A stretch of DNA of 62,554 nt, counting the filler, from Stramenopiles sp. TOSAG23-6 (taxonomy: Eukaryota), in the NCBI GenBank assembly GCA_900128565.1. It is 21 parts of 21 records of this genome, joined end to end, with 100 filler letters (N's around TTAATTAATTAA, not from the genome) between each part and the next. Parts side by side here need not be neighbours in the genome. Positions count along the whole stretch, not along the records: positions 8,977 to 11,865 come from LT637760.1; positions 11,966 to 14,852 come from LT637761.1; positions 14,953 to 17,838 come from LT637762.1; positions 17,939 to 20,824 come from LT637763.1; positions 20,925 to 23,810 come from LT637764.1; 16 more parts are not named here. One strand, 5' to 3'. A program made the translations under genes and the position numbers. Each line of letters opens with the position of its first letter. The stretch's first letter is position 1. The notes under the pieces were generated by a model. That model saw only the letters and a program-made list of their open reading frames with translations, did not search any database and was not told where the DNA came from. Positions 11,582 through 23,800 of this stretch are shown piece by piece.

Positions 11582-11793
11582 GTTCAAAAGATGTTGAGAA
11601 AGTTCCTGGGTGGTAGTTTTTGAAATTTTGAACTTGTTGGTGACTTACAAAAAAGTTTCGCCTTTTTGATCGAGTCAGTGGAAGTGAAACATGAACTGAT
11701 CTGATCTGAAATTCGTTTAGTACCCGGTACCCAAAATTAGAAAAACAAAAATACCAAAAAACAATTATTATTACAATCAAAAGAATTTTTTTA

Positions 11794-11818
11794 CGCCGCG
11801 AACCGGGATCGAACCAGT

Positions 11819-11865
<47 letters not shown>
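11794..11865 (-). tRNA. tRNA-Phe(GAA), first base lost at the contig edge
   Basis: Reverse complement CCGCGATAGCTCAGTTGGGAGAGCGTCAGACTGAAGATCTGAAGGTCACTGGTTCGATCCCGGTTCGCGGCG; cloverleaf with GAA anticodon. Confidence 0.93.
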
Positions 11866-12020
11866 NNNNNNNNNNNNNNNNNNNNNNNNNNNNNNNNNNN
11901 NNNNNNNNNTTAATTAATTAANNNNNNNNNNNNNNNNNNNNNNNNNNNNNNNNNNNNNNNNNNNNCGTACGCAATTTTGTACCTAACGATTTTTTTTTGA
12001 AATATTTTTCCAAAATACAT

Positions 12021-14073
12021 GTTCTCTGAGAAAAAGTACTGAAGATTATATAGAAAATATAGAAAATATAGAAAATATAGAAAATATAGAAAATATAGAA
12101 AACATAGAAAATATAGAAAATATAGAAAATATGAATCGTCTTATCTTGACGTCGACATCACCATTAGGGTTAGGGTTCTTAGGGTTAGGGTCAAGTTGTC
12201 TAAGTTTTCATTCTCGTATTGCTGTATGGACACGAAATCCAATCCTCTGGGAACACGAAATCTACAAAGTATTACATTTTATATCATCTCGCCCGTTTTC
12301 ATCTGATTCTGTTTTTGCTAATCGTTTACCATTACTCGCACAATACCATGATAAATCAGTACAAGATGATAAATATATTCATAATGATTTTAATGATTTT
12401 GCATGTTTATGTTCGTTTTCAAAAAAAACAAAAAAAAAATATTTCGTACCAAATTTTATACCTAACAAAAAATTAAATTTTTGGAATATTTTTTTACACT
12501 ACATCGTATTTAAAAAATTCTCAATTACATATTTGTAAGTTGTCCATTGTAATTTTACATTTCATAGAAAATCCAAAGTTTTTTTTTAATTAATACCTAA
12601 CAAAAAAAATTAAATTTTTGAAATTTTTGAAATTTTTGAAAATTTTTTTTTTTTCGCTACAAAATTTCATAGCTAACAAAAAAAAATGAAATTGTTGAAA
12701 TATATTTTCACACTATATGGGCTGTTATTTTATTAGAAGATATTTTAGTATCTAGTATTAAGAGATACTCAAATGAAAAAGTTTCTTTGGATACGTTTGG
12801 TAATATTTCTCATAATAATAACAATCTAGATGTTTCTCTTTGTAGTTATAGTTACCACTATGTACATTTTTAACATTGAATGTAATTTTTTTTTTTTTGG
12901 TCAAAAATTTCATACCTAACAGAATTTTTTTTTTTTTACGAAAAAAAAAAAAAAAAAAAATATTTTTTCACAATGTATGGTACAATAGAAACTTTGCAAC
13001 TTTTTAATCGGTGTTTGACAGAAACCATGCAACATATACACAATACGAATCACATTGGTATACGAAATGTGAGACATCGACATGTGCGTTTTCATCATGA
13101 ATTTGTAATTTTGTTTTTTTTTTTCATTTTTTTCATCATGAATTTCAAATTTATTTATTTTTTTCAAAAAATTTTGTACCTAACAAATTTTGAAATTTTG
13201 AAATATTTTTCCATAGTACGTACATTTGACCCACGAGGTCTTTGGATGGCACCATTATTAAGAGCAATAGAAAGAACTGAAAGACCAATAGATATACAAC
13301 ATATTATAGAAGTAATACATGTGTTAAAGAAAAAAGTAATACAAAAAAAACGTGATTTTTTTTCAAATTTTGAAAATAATGAAAATTTTGAAAATAATGA
13401 AAATAATGAAAATGTTTATTCACCAGAAATTCATGCCTGTCTTGAAGCTATTGATAATGAAATGTGGTTACTTTTCCTTCAATATATATGTTTAATTTTT
13501 TTTTTCAATTTCAAAATATTTTTTTTCGTACGAAATTTTGTACCTAACGAATTTTCTTTTGAAATATTTTTCCAAATTACATGATCATGTAGTGACTGTG
13601 GCTTTACTTGGAGTGTTTGACACTACAGTCATAATGAATGAAATGGAGGGAAGTGACACTCAGCAAATTCGAAATTCATTAGGTACGAAATTTGGTACAG
13701 ATTCATTTTCAAATGAAACATCTAATAAAAAAAAAACGATTCGTGATTTTTGTTTAGATTGGCTTCGATGGTACTGCAGTCACTTTTATGATAGTAATTT
13801 TGTGGATTGTAATACTACAGGAGGGAAAAAATCGTTTTGTGGAGAATTTGGTAGCGATGCAAAAAATACCAAAAATACAAAAAATACAAAAAATACAAAA
13901 AATACAAAAAATACAAAAATTAAAGAATTTCAGTGTTTAATAAATATGTCAAATTCATTGATGAACCTCAAATTAGTTGAATCAGGTTCCCTTGATAAAA
14001 TACGCCAAAGAATAATTCAGTGGTTGCTCAAGTATGAAACTTTTATAGAGAATTTTCAGCTTACTGGAGAATT
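12021..14073 (+). CDS. Hypothetical multi-exon protein (partial); introns 12411-12504, 12535-12718, 12862-12978, 13084-13221, 13486-13582
   Basis: Removing five family introns gives one continuous frame linking ORFs 12131, 12973 and 13538. Confidence 0.6.
13486..13582 (+). other. Non-canonical family intron, AT...AT
   Basis: TAT|ATATGTTT...TTCGTACGAAATTTTGTACCTAAC...TCCAAATTACAT|GAT; joins the two ORFs in frame. Confidence 0.7.
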
Positions 14074-14952
14074 GTACGTCATTTTTTATTCATTTAATTT
14101 AATTTAATTTAATTAGTCGCTAGTTCAGCTTGTAGGAAGAGAACGGTGGTTCGGTACATATATTACTGTTTAAATAGTAGAGATTGGACTTTTTCTTCCT
14201 ATCAAATAATATACCCTAATATTAACATTATGTAGTAGAAAACGGGTGGTTGGTAGTAAATTAAAGTGAAATTACGATGTTGAGCGGCTGTTGTTCGTTC
14301 TTAATCATTTAGAATAATTGTTTTATAAAAAAATTTTGTCGTTGTTTTTGCTNNNNNNNNNNNNNNNNNNNNNNNNNNNNNNNNNNNNNNNNNNNNNNNN
14401 NNNNNNNNNNNNNNNNNNNNNNNNNNNNNNNNNNNNNNNNNNNNNNNNNNNNNNNNNNNNNNNNNNNNNNNNTACTAAAGTGTACTTGTAGTATAATGAT
14501 TTATATAGGCTAGAAGCCTAGCCACATAGCCTGCTATGTGTTCTCGGAAGATTGATAAAAAAATTCTTCAGTGCTGTTTTGTTCTTTGTTCTCTTAAAAT
14601 AATTACAATAATACTTTTTCCTTTGTTAAAATCTGATTTTGTACTTTATTTGTATATTGTAATTATTATTTACCTATTATATTAGATTCAGCAAGACTAA
14701 CGCTAAATAAATGGCCTTCAGCCTTCAGCTTTAAAACAAAATTAATAAACACAAAATAATTAAACACAAAAAACAAAAATTCGTCTTTCTTCAATCGGAC
14801 TGGACTGTGCTGTGCTACAGTACACTAGTGGACAAAGAAAGAGACTTCTCTTNNNNNNNNNNNNNNNNNNNNNNNNNNNNNNNNNNNNNNNNNNNNTTAA
14901 TTAATTAANNNNNNNNNNNNNNNNNNNNNNNNNNNNNNNNNNNNNNNNNNNN

Positions 14953-17838
14953 AACCCAATTAGAGATCCGCCAAGTAGACCATTATCAGCAAATGGAAAT
15001 CCCATTCCAATTGGTAAACCAAATAAACCAAATACAAAAAATAAAAAAAATACAAAAAATAAAAAAAATACAAAAAATACAAAATGTCCAATGTTGATGT
15101 CAGTATTTACAAATCTTTCCATTTTAACTACGTCACTTCGACGACAACGAGCTAATATTGATTATATTGAAAGAAGTGCTCTGGCTTGTACGTTTTTTTT
15201 TAACCCTAACCCTAATGATTCTGTACCTCCACGTTTTTTTCTTTCAACGCTAACCCTAAACAAAATGTTGTACCTAACAAAAATTAACATTTCTGAAATA
15301 TTGTCTCGAAATTACAGGTAATCGAATGTCGATTACTGAAAGTCAAAAAGAGAGATATTGTTTACGTCGTAGACCAGGTCCAGAAGCATCGCCACTATTG
15401 ACAAAACTATATTATTGTGAAAAGAATATAAAATTAAAATATAGAGAAATGTTGAGACAAATTAAGATGGAGAGACGAAACAAGGGTCGGAAAAAAAAAA
15501 GAAGTATTATTCATTCGACTCGTAATTTTCATCAAAAGAAAGAAAAAAAAACATTGAAAGATTTCACAAAACGACAGAAAAAAACCTCTACAATTTCTAC
15601 ACATTTTAATAATTCTAAAACGTCTAAACACTCTACAATAAAACTAAAACAACAGCACAAACAGAACCAAAATGTTTTATATAGTGAGTCTAATAGTACT
15701 TCTAGTGGTAACAGTATTGAATGTAGTCATGTCAATTCGAATTCTTTTCAAGGTAGACATAGAGAAATTATATCAAGAACTACATCATTACTTAGTACAG
15801 GCAACACATCAAGTACTATTAAACATATAGAAAATACAATGACTGGTCCTAAAAGTATTTCAAGCAACACATCAAGTACTATTAAACATATAGAAAATAG
15901 AATGACTGGTCCTAAAAGTATTTCAAGTAGCAAATCAGGTACAATTAAACATATAGATCATTTTGAAAACAAAACAACACAGATAATAGAATCTACAAAT
16001 AAAGAATCAAAATGGATCATTGGTGATGTTTCAGTACAAAAGATATTAAGTGAAGGACAGACAGTGGATAAAAATGACATCATTGATTCTGTTCAAGACA
16101 AATTATCACTTGATAAAGACATCGAACGACCCATCTCTGTATGGGGTGGAAGAAGTGAAAACATGGCCGGTGTGATTATCGTTGGACCTGATTCTAATGA
16201 CTCCAATAGAGACATCATTCCACAAAATAATACTTATGCTTCTGCATACCCTCCAGGTATAGGTGCTATTGAAACAACAACTCATCACATATCAAATTCA
16301 ATTGATGAAACAAATATTGAAAAAGCAAAAGACGAAGCAGATAAAAATGCAGCATTTGCAGAACTTATTCAAAAGTCTAATAAAGGTATTGTATTAGCTA
16401 AATTTTGTACGGAGGAAGATCGGATAAATAATGAAATTTATCCTGAAGCACAGTATAGTGAGAGTGATCATTACAAATCTGATGTCTCAGATCGGTCAAA
16501 AATTATCAAAAAGAAAAAAAGAAAAAAAGGTAAACGAATTTCCAGATATAAAAGAAACAAAAGAAATGATCAAGTAAATAATATATATAATGAAAGAAAT
16601 GTAATGAATCAAAATAAATCAATTGAAGTCTCATTCAAATATGAACGAGATAAAACAGATAAAAACGAAACTTGGTCATTATCCAATCCTAGAATGACGG
16701 CAGTATCCAATTCAACAATGACGCAATCTGAGGATACTTTAGTCACTGATACCCTACATCCTAACCCTAACACTACTACGGTAGTCACGAAATCGGGAAC
16801 AAATCTATTAAAAGCATGGTTACATAAAGCTAAATCAAATTTGCAACAACAAGTAGCAGAAAAGCGAGATATAGGAAGATGTACGTTTTCAATACATTGA
16901 TTTTTTTTTTGTACATTTCATTTTTTTTTAAATTTCAAATTTATTTAAAAAAAAATGTTTTTTACAATATTTTTCACAATTTATGGTTGCGCTTGCTAGA
17001 ACGACGATTGGTTGAAAGTACAAGTACGTATAAAGTACTACGTCATTTAAAACATATCATTGCACGCTTTACAGCATTACCATCAAGAGAACAAAAACAA
17101 ATCAAATATCAATTGGATATGTTGAAAATAAAGAGTAATCCTAACCCTAATGAAAATCCTACCCATAATGAAATCAGTCATCAAAAAAAAAGTAAATTAT
17201 CGAGAGAAAGACAAAAATACAAAACGAAACGCCTCCAATTAAAACTTGTCAAAGCAAATGATAGAATGGTTCAATTTGAAAAACATCTATCAACATTGTC
17301 TGTATCTGTAGTAATAGAAGCAATATCTAGCATACAACAAAATCTTGAATACATGTACGTTTTCAATTTTTCAATGTTTCAATTTTAAGTTTTTTTTTTG
17401 TAGTAAATTTTGTACCTAACAAAAAAAACTTTTACCGAAAAAAAAATATTTCCCAAAAATACATAGGACAAATGTGTGCAGTTTTGGCCGCTGATTTAAC
17501 TCGTTGGAACAAAACTGATGATAATTATACAAACACACGAAATATGTCAATGATAAAGTTGATGGAAAGTGATAATAATAAGAATAATAAGAATAATAAG
17601 AATAATAAGAAAAAGCTGAAAACAAAACAAAAAAGCACCCAACAACGAAAATTGAAACAACGAATGTGTTGGCATTGTGGAATAAAACTGCCTTATACAA
17701 CTGGAAACTTTTGCGAATTGTGTGGTGTAGCCCTTCCACCGAGTGTTTCGTTTAATCGTGAATCATCCTTTGGTTCTCCACCTCCAAAACCATTTGGTCC
17801 TCCACCTCCAAAACCACCAAAACCACCAAAACCACCAA
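14953..17838 (+). CDS. Low-complexity hypothetical protein with C-terminal double-CxxC zinc ribbon (partial); introns 15188-15317 (GT-AG), 16881-16984 (GT-AT), 17355-17464 (GT-AT)
   Basis: ORFs 15091, 15326, 16879 and 17472 chain in frame after intron removal; CWHCG...FCELCG motif. Confidence 0.65.
17355..17464 (+). other. Non-canonical family intron, GT...AT
   Basis: AT|GTACGTTTT...AAAATACAT|A GGA CAA ATG. The AG 2 nt downstream would frameshift to a stop. Confidence 0.75.
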
Positions 17839-20800
17839 NNNNNNNNNNNNNNNNNNNNNNNNNNNNNNNNNNNNNNNNNNNNTTAATTAATTAANNNNNN
17901 NNNNNNNNNNNNNNNNNNNNNNNNNNNNNNNNNNNNNNAACCCAATTAGAGATCCGCCAAGTAGACCATTATCAGCAAATGGAAATCCCATTCCAATTGG
18001 TAAACCAAATAAACCAAATACAAAAAATAAAAAAAATACAAAAAATAAAAAAAATACAAAAAATACAAAATGTCCAATGTTGATGTCAGTATTTACAAAT
18101 CTTTCCATTTTAACTACGTCACTTCGACGACAACGAGCTAATATTGATTATATTGAAAGAAGTGCTCTGGCTTGTACGTTTTTTTTTAACCCTAACCCTA
18201 ATGATTCTGTACCTCCACGTTTTTTTCTTTCAACGCTAACCCTAAACAAAATGTTGTACCTAACAAAAATTAACATTTCTGAAATATTGTCTCGAAATTA
18301 CAGGTAATCGAATGTCGATTACTGAAAGTCAAAAAGAGAGATATTGTTTACGTCGTAGACCAGGTCCAGAAGCATCGCCACTATTGACAAAACTATATTA
18401 TTGTGAAAAGAATATAAAATTAAAATATAGAGAAATGTTGAGACAAATTAAGATGGAGAGACGAAACAAGGGTCGGAAAAAAAAAAGAAGTATTATTCAT
18501 TCGACTCGTAATTTTCATCAAAAGAAAGAAAAAAAAACATTGAAAGATTTCACAAAACGACAGAAAAAAACCTCTACAATTTCTACACATTTTAATAATT
18601 CTAAAACGTCTAAACACTCTACAATAAAACTAAAACAACAGCACAAACAGAACCAAAATGTTTTATATAGTGAGTCTAATAGTACTTCTAGTGGTAACAG
18701 TATTGAATGTAGTCATGTCAATTCGAATTCTTTTCAAGGTAGACATAGAGAAATTATATCAAGAACTACATCATTACTTAGTACAGGCAACACATCAAGT
18801 ACTATTAAACATATAGAAAATACAATGACTGGTCCTAAAAGTATTTCAAGCAACACATCAAGTACTATTAAACATATAGAAAATAGAATGACTGGTCCTA
18901 AAAGTATTTCAAGTAGCAAATCAGGTACAATTAAACATATAGATCATTTTGAAAACAAAACAACACAGATAATAGAATCTACAAATAAAGAATCAAAATG
19001 GATCATTGGTGATGTTTCAGTACAAAAGATATTAAGTGAAGGACAGACAGTGGATAAAAATGACATCATTGATTCTGTTCAAGACAAATTATCACTTGAT
19101 AAAGACATCGAACGACCCATCTCTGTATGGGGTGGAAGAAGTGAAAACATGGCCGGTGTGATTATCGTTGGACCTGATTCTAATGACTCCAATAGAGACA
19201 TCATTCCACAAAATAATACTTATGCTTCTGCATACCCTCCAGGTATAGGTGCTATTGAAACAACAACTCATCACATATCAAATTCAATTGATGAAACAAA
19301 TATTGAAAAAGCAAAAGACGAAGCAGATAAAAATGCAGCATTTGCAGAACTTATTCAAAAGTCTAATAAAGGTATTGTATTAGCTAAATTTTGTACGGAG
19401 GAAGATCGGATAAATAATGAAATTTATCCTGAAGCACAGTATAGTGAGAGTGATCATTACAAATCTGATGTCTCAGATCGGTCAAAAATTATCAAAAAGA
19501 AAAAAAGAAAAAAAGGTAAACGAATTTCCAGATATAAAAGAAACAAAAGAAATGATCAAGTAAATAATATATATAATGAAAGAAATGTAATGAATCAAAA
19601 TAAATCAATTGAAGTCTCATTCAAATATGAACGAGATAAAACAGATAAAAACGAAACTTGGTCATTATCCAATCCTAGAATGACGGCAGTATCCAATTCA
19701 ACAATGACGCAATCTGAGGATACTTTAGTCACTGATACCCTACATCCTAACCCTAACACTACTACGGTAGTCACGAAATCGGGAACAAATCTATTAAAAG
19801 CATGGTTACATAAAGCTAAATCAAATTTGCAACAACAAGTAGCAGAAAAGCGAGATATAGGAAGATGTACGTTTTCAATACATTGATTTTTTTTTTGTAC
19901 ATTTCATTTTTTTTTAAATTTCAAATTTATTTAAAAAAAAATGTTTTTTACAATATTTTTCACAATTTATGGTTGCGCTTGCTAGAACGACGATTGGTTG
20001 AAAGTACAAGTACGTATAAAGTACTACGTCATTTAAAACATATCATTGCACGCTTTACAGCATTACCATCAAGAGAACAAAAACAAATCAAATATCAATT
20101 GGATATGTTGAAAATAAAGAGTAATCCTAACCCTAATGAAAATCCTACCCATAATGAAATCAGTCATCAAAAAAAAAGTAAATTATCGAGAGAAAGACAA
20201 AAATACAAAACGAAACGCCTCCAATTAAAACTTGTCAAAGCAAATGATAGAATGGTTCAATTTGAAAAACATCTATCAACATTGTCTGTATCTGTAGTAA
20301 TAGAAGCAATATCTAGCATACAACAAAATCTTGAATACATGTACGTTTTCAATTTTTCAATGTTTCAATTTTAAGTTTTTTTTTTGTAGTAAATTTTGTA
20401 CCTAACAAAAAAAACTTTTACCGAAAAAAAAATATTTCCCAAAAATACATAGGACAAATGTGTGCAGTTTTGGCCGCTGATTTAACTCGTTGGAACAAAA
20501 CTGATGATAATTATACAAACACACGAAATATGTCAATGATAAAGTTGATGGAAAGTGATAATAATAAGAATAATAAGAATAATAAGAATAATAAGAAAAA
20601 GCTGAAAACAAAACAAAAAAGCACCCAACAACGAAAATTGAAACAACGAATGTGTTGGCATTGTGGAATAAAACTGCCTTATACAACTGGAAACTTTTGC
20701 GAATTGTGTGGTGTAGCCCTTCCACCGAGTGTTTCGTTTAATCGTGAATCATCCTTTGGTTCTCCACCTCCAAAACCATTTGGTCCTCCACCTCCAAAAC

Positions 20801-23800
20801 CACCAAAACCACCAAAACCACCAANNNNNNNNNNNNNNNNNNNNNNNNNNNNNNNNNNNNNNNNNNNNTTAATTAATTAANNNNNNNNNNNNNNNNNNNN
20901 NNNNNNNNNNNNNNNNNNNNNNNNAACCCAATTAGAGATCCGCCAAGTAGACCATTATCAGCAAATGGAAATCCCATTCCAATTGGTAAACCAAATAAAC
21001 CAAATACAAAAAATAAAAAAAATACAAAAAATAAAAAAAATACAAAAAATACAAAATGTCCAATGTTGATGTCAGTATTTACAAATCTTTCCATTTTAAC
21101 TACGTCACTTCGACGACAACGAGCTAATATTGATTATATTGAAAGAAGTGCTCTGGCTTGTACGTTTTTTTTTAACCCTAACCCTAATGATTCTGTACCT
21201 CCACGTTTTTTTCTTTCAACGCTAACCCTAAACAAAATGTTGTACCTAACAAAAATTAACATTTCTGAAATATTGTCTCGAAATTACAGGTAATCGAATG
21301 TCGATTACTGAAAGTCAAAAAGAGAGATATTGTTTACGTCGTAGACCAGGTCCAGAAGCATCGCCACTATTGACAAAACTATATTATTGTGAAAAGAATA
21401 TAAAATTAAAATATAGAGAAATGTTGAGACAAATTAAGATGGAGAGACGAAACAAGGGTCGGAAAAAAAAAAGAAGTATTATTCATTCGACTCGTAATTT
21501 TCATCAAAAGAAAGAAAAAAAAACATTGAAAGATTTCACAAAACGACAGAAAAAAACCTCTACAATTTCTACACATTTTAATAATTCTAAAACGTCTAAA
21601 CACTCTACAATAAAACTAAAACAACAGCACAAACAGAACCAAAATGTTTTATATAGTGAGTCTAATAGTACTTCTAGTGGTAACAGTATTGAATGTAGTC
21701 ATGTCAATTCGAATTCTTTTCAAGGTAGACATAGAGAAATTATATCAAGAACTACATCATTACTTAGTACAGGCAACACATCAAGTACTATTAAACATAT
21801 AGAAAATACAATGACTGGTCCTAAAAGTATTTCAAGCAACACATCAAGTACTATTAAACATATAGAAAATAGAATGACTGGTCCTAAAAGTATTTCAAGT
21901 AGCAAATCAGGTACAATTAAACATATAGATCATTTTGAAAACAAAACAACACAGATAATAGAATCTACAAATAAAGAATCAAAATGGATCATTGGTGATG
22001 TTTCAGTACAAAAGATATTAAGTGAAGGACAGACAGTGGATAAAAATGACATCATTGATTCTGTTCAAGACAAATTATCACTTGATAAAGACATCGAACG
22101 ACCCATCTCTGTATGGGGTGGAAGAAGTGAAAACATGGCCGGTGTGATTATCGTTGGACCTGATTCTAATGACTCCAATAGAGACATCATTCCACAAAAT
22201 AATACTTATGCTTCTGCATACCCTCCAGGTATAGGTGCTATTGAAACAACAACTCATCACATATCAAATTCAATTGATGAAACAAATATTGAAAAAGCAA
22301 AAGACGAAGCAGATAAAAATGCAGCATTTGCAGAACTTATTCAAAAGTCTAATAAAGGTATTGTATTAGCTAAATTTTGTACGGAGGAAGATCGGATAAA
22401 TAATGAAATTTATCCTGAAGCACAGTATAGTGAGAGTGATCATTACAAATCTGATGTCTCAGATCGGTCAAAAATTATCAAAAAGAAAAAAAGAAAAAAA
22501 GGTAAACGAATTTCCAGATATAAAAGAAACAAAAGAAATGATCAAGTAAATAATATATATAATGAAAGAAATGTAATGAATCAAAATAAATCAATTGAAG
22601 TCTCATTCAAATATGAACGAGATAAAACAGATAAAAACGAAACTTGGTCATTATCCAATCCTAGAATGACGGCAGTATCCAATTCAACAATGACGCAATC
22701 TGAGGATACTTTAGTCACTGATACCCTACATCCTAACCCTAACACTACTACGGTAGTCACGAAATCGGGAACAAATCTATTAAAAGCATGGTTACATAAA
22801 GCTAAATCAAATTTGCAACAACAAGTAGCAGAAAAGCGAGATATAGGAAGATGTACGTTTTCAATACATTGATTTTTTTTTTGTACATTTCATTTTTTTT
22901 TAAATTTCAAATTTATTTAAAAAAAAATGTTTTTTACAATATTTTTCACAATTTATGGTTGCGCTTGCTAGAACGACGATTGGTTGAAAGTACAAGTACG
23001 TATAAAGTACTACGTCATTTAAAACATATCATTGCACGCTTTACAGCATTACCATCAAGAGAACAAAAACAAATCAAATATCAATTGGATATGTTGAAAA
23101 TAAAGAGTAATCCTAACCCTAATGAAAATCCTACCCATAATGAAATCAGTCATCAAAAAAAAAGTAAATTATCGAGAGAAAGACAAAAATACAAAACGAA
23201 ACGCCTCCAATTAAAACTTGTCAAAGCAAATGATAGAATGGTTCAATTTGAAAAACATCTATCAACATTGTCTGTATCTGTAGTAATAGAAGCAATATCT
23301 AGCATACAACAAAATCTTGAATACATGTACGTTTTCAATTTTTCAATGTTTCAATTTTAAGTTTTTTTTTTGTAGTAAATTTTGTACCTAACAAAAAAAA
23401 CTTTTACCGAAAAAAAAATATTTCCCAAAAATACATAGGACAAATGTGTGCAGTTTTGGCCGCTGATTTAACTCGTTGGAACAAAACTGATGATAATTAT
23501 ACAAACACACGAAATATGTCAATGATAAAGTTGATGGAAAGTGATAATAATAAGAATAATAAGAATAATAAGAATAATAAGAAAAAGCTGAAAACAAAAC
23601 AAAAAAGCACCCAACAACGAAAATTGAAACAACGAATGTGTTGGCATTGTGGAATAAAACTGCCTTATACAACTGGAAACTTTTGCGAATTGTGTGGTGT
23701 AGCCCTTCCACCGAGTGTTTCGTTTAATCGTGAATCATCCTTTGGTTCTCCACCTCCAAAACCATTTGGTCCTCCACCTCCAAAACCACCAAAACCACCA

